A stretch of DNA of 64,000 bases from a candidate division WOR-3 bacterium (GTDB taxonomy: Bacteria; Hydrothermota; Tepidihabitantia; Tepidihabitantales; Tepidihabitantaceae), in NCBI GenBank assembly GCA_037441285.1, contig JBBISL010000003.1, positions 10,491 to 74,490 on the forward strand, written 5' to 3'. How positions within the stretch are numbered: position 1 is the stretch's first letter; every line of letters begins with the position of its first letter. Positions 19,466-29,071 of the stretch are shown here, one piece after another. The translations under genes were made by a program, and so were the position numbers. The notes below the pieces were generated by a model that saw only the letters and a list, made by a program, of their open reading frames with translations, was not told the origin of the DNA and ran no database searches.

Positions 19466-20277
19466 ACAATCCATACCAGCCAATTCCAACCAAAATCCTG
19501 GATGTTATTGAAGAAACGCCGAACATAAGGACTCTTGTTTTGAAGCCCGAAAAGCAGATACCGTTTCTTGCCGGCCAGTTTGTTGAGTTGACCATACCCG
19601 GTTTTGGTGAGGCGCCGTTTACCCCGTCATCGTCCCATTTCGAGCGCGAGGTTCTTGAGATGACAATAATGCGGGTTGGCAGAGCCACCGGCGCGCTTTT
19701 TACCAAGAAGCCCGGAGATTTGCTGGGTATTCGGGGACCTTATGGCAAACCGTATCCTCTGAAGGAGTTTGAGGGCAGGGACATTTATATCGTGGGCGGT
19801 GGCGTTGGTCTGGCACCGTTACGGGCGCTCTTCCTTGCTTTGGTCCATGAGATAAATAAATATGGAAAAATCTTCCTCCGTTACGGTGCCCGGACACCGA
19901 AAGACATTGTCTATAAGAAACAGTTAAAGGAGTGGGAGAAGATAAAGAAGGTGGATATCGACCTGTCGGTGGACAGTGCGGATGAACCCTGGGAAAGGAA
20001 GGTTGGGGTGGTCACCTGTTTGATGGATGAAATCCCCTGCGATGTGAAAAAGAGCGTCGCGGTCGTATGCGGTCCACCGATAATGATGAAGTTTGTAACC
20101 AAGAAGTTGCTCGAAGCCGGTTTTCCGGGGAAGTCGATTTATCTTTCGATGGAGATGAATATGTCCTGTGGTCTGGGTCAGTGCGGACACTGTCGGCTTG
20201 GTCCCTATTTCACCTGCAAAGACGGTCCGGTTCTGACCTGGGAGCAGATAAAGGACATTGAGGAGCCTTTCCTGTGA
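19462..20277 (+). CDS. FAD/NAD(P)H-binding oxidoreductase with a C-terminal 2Fe-2S cluster, AsrB/HydG/PyrK-like
   Basis: 271 aa with an FNR-like fold (RTLVLKPE, GGGVGLAPL) and C-terminal CGLGQCGHCRLG...C. Its start overlaps the previous gene (ATGA). Confidence 0.65.
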   Translation: MNNPYQPIPTKILDVIEETPNIRTLVLKPEKQIPFLAGQFVELTIPGFGEAPFTPSSSHFEREVLEMTIMRVGRATGALFTKKPGDLLGIRGPYGKPYPLKEFEGRDIYIVGGGVGLAPLRALFLALVHEINKYGKIFLRYGARTPKDIVYKKQLKEWEKIKKVDIDLSVDSADEPWERKVGVVTCLMDEIPCDVKKSVAVVCGPPIMMKFVTKKLLEAGFPGKSIYLSMEMNMSCGLGQCGHCRLGPYFTCKDGPVLTWEQIKDIEEPFL

Positions 20278-21890
20278 TGAGCGAGGTTAAGCGTTCAACC
20301 TGTGTAATGTGCCGTAATGGTTGTCAACTGGGAATTGTGTTTGATGGGTATCAGTATCGAATGGAGTATTTGGCCGCTGTGGCGCCCAACAACGGACGAA
20401 CCTGTCCCCGGGGTAACAGCGCAAATGTCGTAATTGACCATCCCAAGCGGCTCGGTTATCCGCTACTTGATGGTAAGGAAATTACCTGGGAAAAGGCGTT
20501 TGCGTTAATGAAAAACTGGCACGAGGCGGTGAAGCCCGAGGAGATTGCGGTTGTTTATAGCCGGGGTGCGGGTGCAGCAGACATCGGTTTAGTGCGGGGT
20601 TTTGCTGCGGCGCTGGGAACAGACAATCTCGTTTGTGGTTATCTGGAGCCGGACAATGCGTTCCGGTATCGGCTGGCTGGGGTTAAACCGGCAACACTTG
20701 ATGATCTGGCAGCGAGCCGGGCGACCTTGCTTGTCGGCGATGTGTTCAGCACATCACCCGTGGCAGCGAAGGGGATAATTGAAGCCCGTTATGCCGATAA
20801 ACAAAGCCGGATGGTGGTGATTGACTCAATTAAAACCCGGCAGGCAGGTTTTGCACACATATTCATTCAACCCAAACCCGGCACCGAGTTTTTGGTTCTC
20901 GCGGGAATTGCCGGACTTATCGACCCCAAGTTGAAGGTTGATATTGATGGGGTTGCGACCAGAACCGGGGTACCGCGCCGCCAGATGGAAGAGGCGGCAA
21001 AGATTTTGAAGCCCGGGGTCAACGGTCTGGTTGCCGGTGCGGCAAGTTTGGGAAGGGTAAGCGAGCCTTACTGGCACTCAATCTTTGCTCAGATTTTAGC
21101 GCTGAAGGCGGAGAAGCCGTTTGTTGGTTTTGGTGAGGCACTGGTGCCGGATGGGAAGATGGGGTTTGGAAAGTTGCAGGAGTTGGTGGCGGCAGGCAGA
21201 ATCAAACTCCTGTTCTGGTTTGGTGGGCTACATCCCTACAGTTATCCTGAGTTGTTCCCAGAGTTAAATCGGGTTGAGTTCCGGGTGGCAACGAGCATAT
21301 TCCGTCCGGCAAAGCCGCTGCCCGGTTTGGTACTGCCGGTGCCCAGTGAATTTGAAAAGACGGGCAGGGGTGAAAGTGTTTGGGGTGAGGTGAAATTCGA
21401 ACCGCTGGCGAAGCCGGTCAGTGGTACCAGGACGCTGGCGGATATTGTTAGCCAGTTTGGTGCAGTGAAGGAGATGGCTGGTGAATCTTACCAGCGTGTA
21501 AAACTGGAAGAGGTGACGGCCCAACTTCCTCAAGCGCTAAGTAAACATCTGGGTACCGCGGCCACAACCGAAGGGAATCTTTACTGGCTCTTGGGCAGAA
21601 AAGAGGCGATTGGTGTGGGCGGTTTCTTTGAACCCGAGGACGAGATTATATTACATCCAGCCGATGCCCAGAAACTTGCGGTCCGGGAAGACGATTTTGT
21701 TAAGGTGAAAAGTAAGACCGGTGAGCGTCAATTCTGCGTCAAGGTTCTGCCGGTGGTTTCACCGGGAACAGCGACTGTTGGAGTCAATGCCCATCAAAAC
21801 CGGGCGCTGTTTCCGGTCGAAGTTGACGCCGGGACAGGTGAGGCTAAAATTCCGCCAGCAAAGGTCGAGATATGGCGAGTGTCGGCGTGA
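20274..21890 (+). CDS. Compact molybdopterin/tungstopterin (bisPGD) oxidoreductase catalytic subunit, formate-dehydrogenase-like, cytoplasmic (no Tat signal)
   Basis: 538 aa with an N-terminal 4Fe-4S motif CVMCRNGCQL...CPRG and a C-terminal MopB domain-IV beta-barrel (ILHPADAQKLAVREDDFVKVKSKTGERQF). Confidence 0.65.
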   Translation: MMSEVKRSTCVMCRNGCQLGIVFDGYQYRMEYLAAVAPNNGRTCPRGNSANVVIDHPKRLGYPLLDGKEITWEKAFALMKNWHEAVKPEEIAVVYSRGAGAADIGLVRGFAAALGTDNLVCGYLEPDNAFRYRLAGVKPATLDDLAASRATLLVGDVFSTSPVAAKGIIEARYADKQSRMVVIDSIKTRQAGFAHIFIQPKPGTEFLVLAGIAGLIDPKLKVDIDGVATRTGVPRRQMEEAAKILKPGVNGLVAGAASLGRVSEPYWHSIFAQILALKAEKPFVGFGEALVPDGKMGFGKLQELVAAGRIKLLFWFGGLHPYSYPELFPELNRVEFRVATSIFRPAKPLPGLVLPVPSEFEKTGRGESVWGEVKFEPLAKPVSGTRTLADIVSQFGAVKEMAGESYQRVKLEEVTAQLPQALSKHLGTAATTEGNLYWLLGRKEAIGVGGFFEPEDEIILHPADAQKLAVREDDFVKVKSKTGERQFCVKVLPVVSPGTATVGVNAHQNRALFPVEVDAGTGEAKIPPAKVEIWRVSA

Positions 21891-22360
21891 AGATTAAGAA
21901 ACGATTGGTCGTTCGTCTGGACTACTGCATTGGTTGTCGCGCCTGTGAGGCGGCGTGCCGGAGTCGGTTTAAAGGTGAAGCGCGCATTCGGTATGCACCG
22001 GTTGGCGAGACGGTTTTAGTTCCCCTGCCCTGCCGGCATTGCGCCGAGCCTTTATGCGCCGCGGCTTGCCCGTTTGAGGTGATAAAGAAGGATGAGGAGC
22101 GCGGGATTGTCTATCAGTCCAGTGTGCACTGTGTTGGTTGCAAATCGTGCATCCTTGCCTGTCCTTTCGGGGTTCTGGACAAGGATTTGTTGCGCCGCAT
22201 CGCGCAGAAATGCAATCTTTGTGAAGACCGGGAAGGTGGACCAAGGTGTGCGGCTTCCTGTCCCACCGGCGCGTTACAGTTTGTTGATGAAGAGGAGATG
22301 AAAGAGTTGATGGTGGGTAAGCGGGTTCTTTCCCGGCTGCCATTCTGGAGGCGGGTGTGA
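21872..22360 (+). CDS. 4x[4Fe-4S] ferredoxin, HycB/HyfA-like electron-transfer subunit
   Basis: 162 aa with 16 Cys in four CxxCxxCxxxCP-type motifs. Confidence 0.75.
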   Translation: MASVGVKIKKRLVVRLDYCIGCRACEAACRSRFKGEARIRYAPVGETVLVPLPCRHCAEPLCAAACPFEVIKKDEERGIVYQSSVHCVGCKSCILACPFGVLDKDLLRRIAQKCNLCEDREGGPRCAASCPTGALQFVDEEEMKELMVGKRVLSRLPFWRRV

Positions 22361-23313
22361 GTTCCTTTTTGTCGGGATGGCGGCTGGTGATAGCGTTCAT
22401 CGGAACCCTGATTGTTGTACCGGTTGCCGGGCTGATTTTGAACTGGGTTGACCGGTTTGTTTCGGCGCGGGTGCAGTGGCGGAAGGGTCCGCCCTTTTAT
22501 CAGCCATTTGCCGACATTCTGAAACTGCTGTTAAAACAGACCATAGTTCCTCAGGGTGCTTCCCGAACGGTGTTTCTACTGGCGCCGCTGGTGGGCATAG
22601 CCGGGATGAGTCTGGTGGCGGTGCTTCTTTTCTTCAGCAACTCCGGTCTGGTGGTGGCGCAGAAAACATCGTTTATCGGTGACATCATCGTGCTTTTATA
22701 CCTCCTGGCGCTGGTTCCGCTCAGTTTTATCGTTGGTGCCTCGGCATCACGCAACCCGGTGGCGGCGGTAGGTGCTTCGCGCGAGATGACTCTATATCTT
22801 GGTTACGAACTGCCATTTGTTCTGGCGCTCCTTGTGCCAATTGTTAAAGTCGCGCAGCACTGGGATGTAACGAGTGCTTTAAGAATTGGCGGACTGGTAG
22901 CCTATCAACAGCAGTTTGGGCCCTTTTTGTATTCGGTTTCCGGGGTAATCGCGGGGCTGATTATCCTGTTTACGATTCAGGCAAAACTGGGTTATGTGCC
23001 ATTTGACATTCCTGAGGCGGAACAGGAGATAATGTCCGGTGTTCTGGTGGAGTATTCGGGTGCGCCCCTTGCGGCATTTCGCATCACCCGGGCGATGATG
23101 TTTGTCCTGATGCCGCTGCTCTTAATCACGGTGCTCTGGGGTGGCATTACCGACTGGTGGGCAATTTTGAAGTTTCTCTTGATTGTGGTTCTGGTGGTGT
23201 TGATGAAGAACACCAACCCCCGGCTCAGGATTGACCAGGCGCTCGGGTTTTTCTGGTTTATTCTGGCGCCACTGGGTATAATTGCGGTGGTATTAGCATT
23301 TATTGGCTTATGA
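22357..23313 (+). CDS. Membrane subunit, NuoH/HycD-like
   Basis: 318 aa, about 8 TM, with NuoH-family loops (WRKGPPFYQPFADILKL). Confidence 0.75.
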   Translation: MSSFLSGWRLVIAFIGTLIVVPVAGLILNWVDRFVSARVQWRKGPPFYQPFADILKLLLKQTIVPQGASRTVFLLAPLVGIAGMSLVAVLLFFSNSGLVVAQKTSFIGDIIVLLYLLALVPLSFIVGASASRNPVAAVGASREMTLYLGYELPFVLALLVPIVKVAQHWDVTSALRIGGLVAYQQQFGPFLYSVSGVIAGLIILFTIQAKLGYVPFDIPEAEQEIMSGVLVEYSGAPLAAFRITRAMMFVLMPLLLITVLWGGITDWWAILKFLLIVVLVVLMKNTNPRLRIDQALGFFWFILAPLGIIAVVLAFIGL

Positions 23314-23726
23314 AAGACTTAAGACTCTGGGGACTTAAAAAATCACCTTGGGTTTACCATTTGGCGGCGGCGTCGTGCAACAACTGCGATATTGAGATAC
23401 TGGAACTTTTGACACCACGCTACGATGTCGAGCGGTTCGGGGTTGTTCTGGTTGGTTCACCCCGGCATGCGGATGCGCTACTTGTTACCGGGGTCATCAA
23501 CCGGAAGTCTTTGCCCCGGGTGCTTGAGGTTTATGAACAGACGCCCAAGCCCTGTCTGGTGATTGCGATTGGTACCTGTGCGTGTAACTGCCACATCTTC
23601 CGGAACTCGTACAATGCGGTGGGACCTTATGACAAACACATTCCGGTTCACGCCTACATTCCGGGCTGTCCACCAAAACCCGAGGCGATGATAATGGGTG
23701 TGGTAAAGGCGTTGAGTAAACTATGA
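23310..23726 (+). CDS. [NiFe] hydrogenase group 4 small subunit (NuoB-like)
   Basis: 138 aa with the Cys ligands CNNCDIE, GTCACN and GCPP of the proximal 4Fe-4S cluster. Confidence 0.8.
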   Translation: MKDLRLWGLKKSPWVYHLAAASCNNCDIEILELLTPRYDVERFGVVLVGSPRHADALLVTGVINRKSLPRVLEVYEQTPKPCLVIAIGTCACNCHIFRNSYNAVGPYDKHIPVHAYIPGCPPKPEAMIMGVVKALSKL

Positions 23727-24175
23727 GCGAATCACTCCGAATGTTTCAAGAGCGGTTCCCTGACACCAAAGTGTTTGAGAAAAATCCGCGGCGTTTGTAC
23801 CTGACAATTCCCCGGGAAAAACTGACCGCGGCGGCAAGGTTTCTCCACGCGGAGCGGGGGATGAGGCTCTCAATCGCCACCGGTATCGACACCCGGGACG
23901 GTTTTGAGGTGTTGTACCACTTTTCGGAAGACACAACCGGTATCATTTATACAATAAAGGTGTTTGCGCCCAAAGACGACCCGCGGATTGAGGCTCAGGG
24001 CAGCTGGTTTCCCGCGGCGCAATGGATTGAGCGCGAGATGCATGAACTTTTGGGGATTGAGTTCATTGGACACCCGAACCCGGCACCGCTTCTCACTTCG
24101 GACACCGATTGGGAACCGGGGCGCTTCCCATTGCGCCGGGATTATGAACGGAGGAATGAAGCCCATGAGCGGTGA
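23723..24175 (+). CDS. NuoC-like (30 kDa) subunit of the energy-converting hydrogenase
   Basis: 150 aa NuoC/HycE N-domain-like protein, not fused to the large subunit. Confidence 0.65.
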   Translation: MSESLRMFQERFPDTKVFEKNPRRLYLTIPREKLTAAARFLHAERGMRLSIATGIDTRDGFEVLYHFSEDTTGIIYTIKVFAPKDDPRIEAQGSWFPAAQWIEREMHELLGIEFIGHPNPAPLLTSDTDWEPGRFPLRRDYERRNEAHER

Positions 24176-25355
24176 GCAAAAGCAGCGGCGTATTGTCCCG
24201 ATTGGTCCTTATCATCCATTGCAGGAGGAGCCGGAGTTTTTCAAACTGATTGTTGAAGGTGAGACGGTGGTTGACCTCGAAATTCACATTGGCTACAACC
24301 ATCGGGGTCATGAGTTTATTTCACCGGAGTTGACCTATGACCAGGTGCCGTTTCTCGTAGAAAGAATTTGCGGCATCTGTTCCGATTCGCACCCCTTAGC
24401 CGCGGTGCTGGCGATTGAAGACTGTGCCGGGATTAAACCGCCACCCCGGGCAAACTACATCCGCAGTATCATTCATGAACTGGAGCGGATTCACTCCCAC
24501 TTACTCTGGGTCGGTCTTGCGGGCCATTTTATCGGGTACAACACGGTCTGGATGTGGGCGTGGCGTTACCGGGAGCACATCCTTGAGGTTTTTGAGATGA
24601 TTACCGGTAACCGGAACCATTATGGTGCCCATAAACCGGGTGGTGTGCGCTGGGACATCAAACCGGAGCAGATTCCCCAGATTGAGGCGGTCCTTGATGT
24701 GGTGGAGAAGAAGACGATGATGCTTACCAAGGCGGTGCTTGACGACCCGGTAATTCGTGCCCGTCTTGAAGGGGTGGGGATTTTGACAAAGGAGCAGGCG
24801 CTTGCCTGGTCGGTGGTTGGACCAACCGCCCGTGCTTCGGGTGTGGACATTGATGTCCGGCGTGACGACCCCCATGCTGCCTATGACCAGGTCCCCTGGG
24901 ATGTGATTGTTTTGCCCGAAGGTGATGTGTTTGCCAAGGCAAAGGTACGGCTTCTTGAAATCTTTGAGTCGGTTAAAATCATTCGTGGCTGTTTGAAGAA
25001 TTTACCGGATGGACCAATTGATATTAGGATTGATGAGGTCCCGGCCGGTGAAGGGATTGGCAGAACCGAGGCGCCACGGGGCGAGGTTTTCCACTACATC
25101 CGCTCGGATGGCAGCAATCGGCCCTTGCGCCATAAGATTCGGGCACCAAGTTATATGAACATCGCTTCCAATGTTGTGGCGGTCCGGGGTGGTTCAATTG
25201 CGGATGCGGCGCTCACTCTGGCAGCGGTTGACCCCTGTTACTGTTGCACCGAAAGAATGGCGGCGTTTGAGGATGGGAAACTGAAATTTACCGGCAATGA
25301 GTTGTTACGGCTTTCCTGGGAGAAGACCGAGAAAGTAAGGGAGCGATTCAAATGA
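24165..25355 (+). CDS. [NiFe] hydrogenase group 4 large subunit (NuoD-like) with intact Ni-Fe ligands
   Basis: It has the N-terminal L1 motif RICGICSDSH and the C-terminal L2 motif DPCYCCTER, followed by a ~30 aa tail typical of a protease-processed precursor. The start was set at ATG 24165 (RBS GGAGG 10 nt upstream) rather than the longer overlapping ORF. Confidence 0.85.
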   Translation: MSGEQKQRRIVPIGPYHPLQEEPEFFKLIVEGETVVDLEIHIGYNHRGHEFISPELTYDQVPFLVERICGICSDSHPLAAVLAIEDCAGIKPPPRANYIRSIIHELERIHSHLLWVGLAGHFIGYNTVWMWAWRYREHILEVFEMITGNRNHYGAHKPGGVRWDIKPEQIPQIEAVLDVVEKKTMMLTKAVLDDPVIRARLEGVGILTKEQALAWSVVGPTARASGVDIDVRRDDPHAAYDQVPWDVIVLPEGDVFAKAKVRLLEIFESVKIIRGCLKNLPDGPIDIRIDEVPAGEGIGRTEAPRGEVFHYIRSDGSNRPLRHKIRAPSYMNIASNVVAVRGGSIADAALTLAAVDPCYCCTERMAAFEDGKLKFTGNELLRLSWEKTEKVRERFK

Positions 25356-26599
25356 ACTTCGGTTCCTGGACCAGTTACGCAACCGGACCGGTCGAGATAT
25401 TCCTCGCTCTGGTCTTCGGGTTTATCGGGCTGATGACGATTTTGTATTCGTTCGCCCGGGTGCGGGGCGGTAAAGGGCAAATCGCCGAATACTACATATT
25501 TTTCCTTGTGCTTTTAGGCGCAGCACTGGGTGTGGTATTTGCCGGTAACCTGCTCCTGCTGTATGTGTTCTGGGAACTGGCAACGGTGGCACTCTGGCGG
25601 TTGGTGAGTTATTTCCGCAAGGAGGAGAGTGTTTTTGCCGGTGCCTGGGCGCTGTACCTCAACTTTGTTGCTGCCGCGGTGATGCTCGTTGGTTTGGTTT
25701 TGATACAACTGGAACAGGGGACACTGGACCTTGCCGCGCTCGCCGGGAAACCGCTGCCCCTGTTTCCGGCGATTCTTATCCTGGTTGGTATTGTTGCCAA
25801 GTCGGCAACGCTGCCGCTTTACATCTGGTTACCCCGGGCTTATCAACAGGCACCAGCCGCGGTTTGCGCCCTGCTTTCCGGTGTGGCAGAAAACCTGGGA
25901 CTGGTTCTGTTCTTGAAACTTTATGTTTTGACAATGCAGGTGCCAAAACCGCTTTTCCTGGCGGTAGCGATTGTTGCGGTCGCTTCCAGTTTAATCGCGG
26001 GCGGTGTCGCGCTGAATGTCAAGACCATCCGCGAGACCTTGGCGTACTCAACCGTGGGTCAGATGGGTTTTGTTCTACTCGGATTAGCCAGTGCTGGTTA
26101 TTACGGTTTGATGGGTGCGATGCTTTACATTATGGCGCATGCGATTGCGAAGTCGGGAATCTTTTTCGCTGCCGGGGTGGTTGAAGATGTGAGCGGTTCA
26201 GGAGACCTGTCCCGGCTTGGCGGTTTTGCCCGCAACTCGCCGGTGCTTGCCGGTGCCACTGCGGTGCTGGTGCTTTCGGTGATGGGGTTACCACCAACCT
26301 TAGGATTTTTTGCCAAACTGGGTGTGGTTCTTGGTGCGGTGCGGAGCTCAATTTTGCTCGGCATTGGCGCGCTGGTTGCGGCGCTGTTCACCATTCTTTA
26401 TTTAAGCCGGTTCTATTCCCGAATATTTCTTGGTGCGAGCCCGAATGGTTATAATAAGGTTCCCGGTTTTGTGGTATTTTTGGTTGTGGTGATGGCGGTG
26501 GCAACCGTTTTAGCCGGTGTTTGCTGGTTTGTGCCGGTCCGGTTTCTTGAAGCGGGGCTTAGCGGTTTAGGGATGACAATGTTAGGTGGAGGCTGGTGA
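25352..26599 (+). CDS. Antiporter-like membrane subunit (NuoN/MrpD family)
   Basis: 415 aa polytopic protein with the conserved WLPRAYQQAPAAVCALL motif. Confidence 0.7.
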   Translation: MNFGSWTSYATGPVEIFLALVFGFIGLMTILYSFARVRGGKGQIAEYYIFFLVLLGAALGVVFAGNLLLLYVFWELATVALWRLVSYFRKEESVFAGAWALYLNFVAAAVMLVGLVLIQLEQGTLDLAALAGKPLPLFPAILILVGIVAKSATLPLYIWLPRAYQQAPAAVCALLSGVAENLGLVLFLKLYVLTMQVPKPLFLAVAIVAVASSLIAGGVALNVKTIRETLAYSTVGQMGFVLLGLASAGYYGLMGAMLYIMAHAIAKSGIFFAAGVVEDVSGSGDLSRLGGFARNSPVLAGATAVLVLSVMGLPPTLGFFAKLGVVLGAVRSSILLGIGALVAALFTILYLSRFYSRIFLGASPNGYNKVPGFVVFLVVVMAVATVLAGVCWFVPVRFLEAGLSGLGMTMLGGGW

Positions 26600-28521
26600 T
26601 GTTGGCGCACTCTTTTGTGTTAATCATCGTTGCCCCGATTGCGGCAGGAGTTTTAGGCTATCTGGTTGGCAGGTTACGCAATGAGTTCAGTTTTATTGGC
26701 GTCCTCGCCTCACTTTACTACGCCATCCGGTTATTTCTGGTTCGGGGCAGCGAGCAGGTGTTAAATCTTGGTAAGGTTGCCGGGGTTCCGATTGCTTTGC
26801 GCCTTGACCCGTTGTCCGGTTTTGTTCTCCTTTTTGTCAGCGTCTTCACCGCGCTCATCGTATTTTACTCCTTCCGCTATATGCGGGGCCGGGAAGGGAC
26901 CAGAGGTTACTACCTGTACTGCCTTTTGATTCTCGGTTTTGCCAACGGTGTGGTGTTGAGCGCCAACCTCGCGGTTCTGTTCTTCTTCTGGGGTGCATTG
27001 CTCTTTGTCCTTTACGGCATTCTTTTGATTGGCAAAGGCGACACCTTCCTTACCGCGCGCAAGGCGCTGGTCATTGTCGGGCTTTCCGACTTTGCGATGC
27101 TTTTAGGCGTGGTTCTTTTATTGAGCCGGACATTCATTGCCGGTGGCTGGATTGACCTGGCGCCCAAGGTGCCTCTGCCGCTTTACGACCCGATAGTACT
27201 CGCCGGCTTTTTGCTTGTGACCGCGGGTGCCCTTGCCAAAGCCGGGGCGATGCCTTTGCACACCTGGATTCCGCAGGCAGCCGATACCGCACCGGCGCCG
27301 GTGATGGCACTGATTCCGTCATCACTTGACAAACTCCTCGGGATTTACCTTTTGACCCGGCTCTGTGTTTCGATGTTTGACATCTCAAGCAATATGGTGC
27401 TCAGGAATATTCTGATGGCGATTGGTGCTTTGACGATTATCGCGGCGGTGATGATGGCGCTCGTTCAGAAGCGGATGATGAAACTCCTGTCATTTTCTAC
27501 GGTCTCCCAGGTTGGTTATATGGTGCTTGGGATTGGTACCGGGATTCCGGTAGGTATTGCCGGTGGCCTTTTCCATATGCTCAACCACGCGATATACAAA
27601 ACCGGACTTTTCCTTGCCGGTGGTTCGGTGGAACACTGGGCAAAGACCGATGAACTGGAAAAACTGGGTGGCGTGGCAAAGCAGATGCCATTGACCTTTA
27701 TCTCGTTCTTCATCTGTGCCCTGGCGATTGCGGGCGTGCCGCCGCTCAACGGGTTTTTCTCAAAGTGGATGGTTTATCAGGGGGTTTTAACCGTGGGAAA
27801 TGAAGGAAACCGGCTGTTCCCCATCTTCCTCGTTGCGGCGATGCTGGGCAGTGTCTTGACCCTGGCGTCATTTTTGAAGATGCTCCATGCCCTGTTCTTT
27901 GGTCAGCGTCCGGCGAATCTGGAGCGGGTGCGTGAGGTGAGTATGACGATGTGGCTACCGCCTTTCCTGCTGGCGCTTGCCTGCGTGGTTTTCGGCGTGT
28001 TTGCCTATTCAGTCCCGCTCTCCGGTCTGATTTTACCCGGGCTCAGGTTTTACGATGTTACACTTTACGGAGTCTGGAGTCCGATTTTAGCAACCCTCTT
28101 GTTGATTGCCGCACTCGGTTTTGGCGCCATTTTGTACCTTTTGGGTACCGCAGCCCGACCGGTGCCGGGCAAGACCTTTTTCGGCGGCGAGAAGATTGCG
28201 GATGAAGAGGAGAGCCGGGTGCCCGGGACCGCATTTTACTCATCGGTGAAGCATATGCCCCTGATTGGCGATATGCTCGTCTTTGGGGAACGGGGCGCAT
28301 TTGACCTTTACAACTGGCTGGTGGGGATTTTCAAGGTGGTTGGTGCCGGTCTGCGCGAAGGTGTTGACCGGGTACTTGAGGCGCTGGCAGAGTTCATCGG
28401 TAAACTGGTGTACTACTTCGGTCTCGGTCTGTCAAAAATTCATACCGGTAATCTACCGCTTTATCTATCCTGGGTGTTTTTAGGCGCGGTGATATTCTAT
28501 TTACTGCTGTTTTTGAGGTAA
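26596..28521 (+). CDS. Antiporter-like membrane subunit, MrpA/NuoL-like
   Basis: 641 aa with HTWIPQAADTAPAPVMALI and a long C-terminal extension. Confidence 0.75.
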   Translation: MMLAHSFVLIIVAPIAAGVLGYLVGRLRNEFSFIGVLASLYYAIRLFLVRGSEQVLNLGKVAGVPIALRLDPLSGFVLLFVSVFTALIVFYSFRYMRGREGTRGYYLYCLLILGFANGVVLSANLAVLFFFWGALLFVLYGILLIGKGDTFLTARKALVIVGLSDFAMLLGVVLLLSRTFIAGGWIDLAPKVPLPLYDPIVLAGFLLVTAGALAKAGAMPLHTWIPQAADTAPAPVMALIPSSLDKLLGIYLLTRLCVSMFDISSNMVLRNILMAIGALTIIAAVMMALVQKRMMKLLSFSTVSQVGYMVLGIGTGIPVGIAGGLFHMLNHAIYKTGLFLAGGSVEHWAKTDELEKLGGVAKQMPLTFISFFICALAIAGVPPLNGFFSKWMVYQGVLTVGNEGNRLFPIFLVAAMLGSVLTLASFLKMLHALFFGQRPANLERVREVSMTMWLPPFLLALACVVFGVFAYSVPLSGLILPGLRFYDVTLYGVWSPILATLLLIAALGFGAILYLLGTAARPVPGKTFFGGEKIADEEESRVPGTAFYSSVKHMPLIGDMLVFGERGAFDLYNWLVGIFKVVGAGLREGVDRVLEALAEFIGKLVYYFGLGLSKIHTGNLPLYLSWVFLGAVIFYLLLFLR

Positions 28522-28524
28522 AAG

Positions 28525-29070
28525 ATGATTGAACTTTACATCCTTTTAGGAGTGATGCTGGCAGCGGCGCTGGTTGCCAGCGAGACCAAGAATTTGCTGG
28601 CGGCAGCGGTGGCGCTGGGTCTGGTCGGGTTCAGCGTTGCGATTATGTTCATTTTAGCCCAGGCGCCCGATTTGGCGATTGTCCAGATTGTGGTTGAGAC
28701 CTTAACGGTTGTGTTCTTTACCGCGGTGATTCTGCGCACGACTGAGATTGATACAACGGCGACCAGCGGGTTAAAGATGGAGACCGCAATGTTTATCGCC
28801 GCATTTCTTGCCTTTGGCGGGTTATTCCTGTCGCTCATTATCGGCGTGTTCCGGGAGTTGCCCACCTTTGGTCAGCCCTTGATGCGGCTGGCAACCGACT
28901 ACATCCAGTTTGGTCTGGAGCGGACCGGAGCGGCGAACATCGTTGCGGCAATCATTCTCGATTTCCGGGGTTATGATACATTAGGTGAGGCGACAGTCTT
29001 GTTCACCGCGGTGGTCGGGGTTTTGACGGTGATGCGATTTGTCACCAAGAAAAAGCCGGGGGGAAGTTAG
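28525..29070 (+). CDS. MrpA C-terminal / MnhB-domain membrane protein (DUF4040-like)
   Basis: 181 aa, hydrophobic, at the MrpA-C/MrpB position in the module. Confidence 0.5.
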   Translation: MIELYILLGVMLAAALVASETKNLLAAAVALGLVGFSVAIMFILAQAPDLAIVQIVVETLTVVFFTAVILRTTEIDTTATSGLKMETAMFIAAFLAFGGLFLSLIIGVFRELPTFGQPLMRLATDYIQFGLERTGAANIVAAIILDFRGYDTLGEATVLFTAVVGVLTVMRFVTKKKPGGS

Positions 29071-29071
29071 T

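Noticed and set aside
23964-24164. Upstream extension of the hydrogenase large-subunit ORF
   Set aside because: The extension overlaps the NuoC-like gene in another frame. ATG 24165 has a GGAGG 10 nt upstream and begins the conserved N-terminus.
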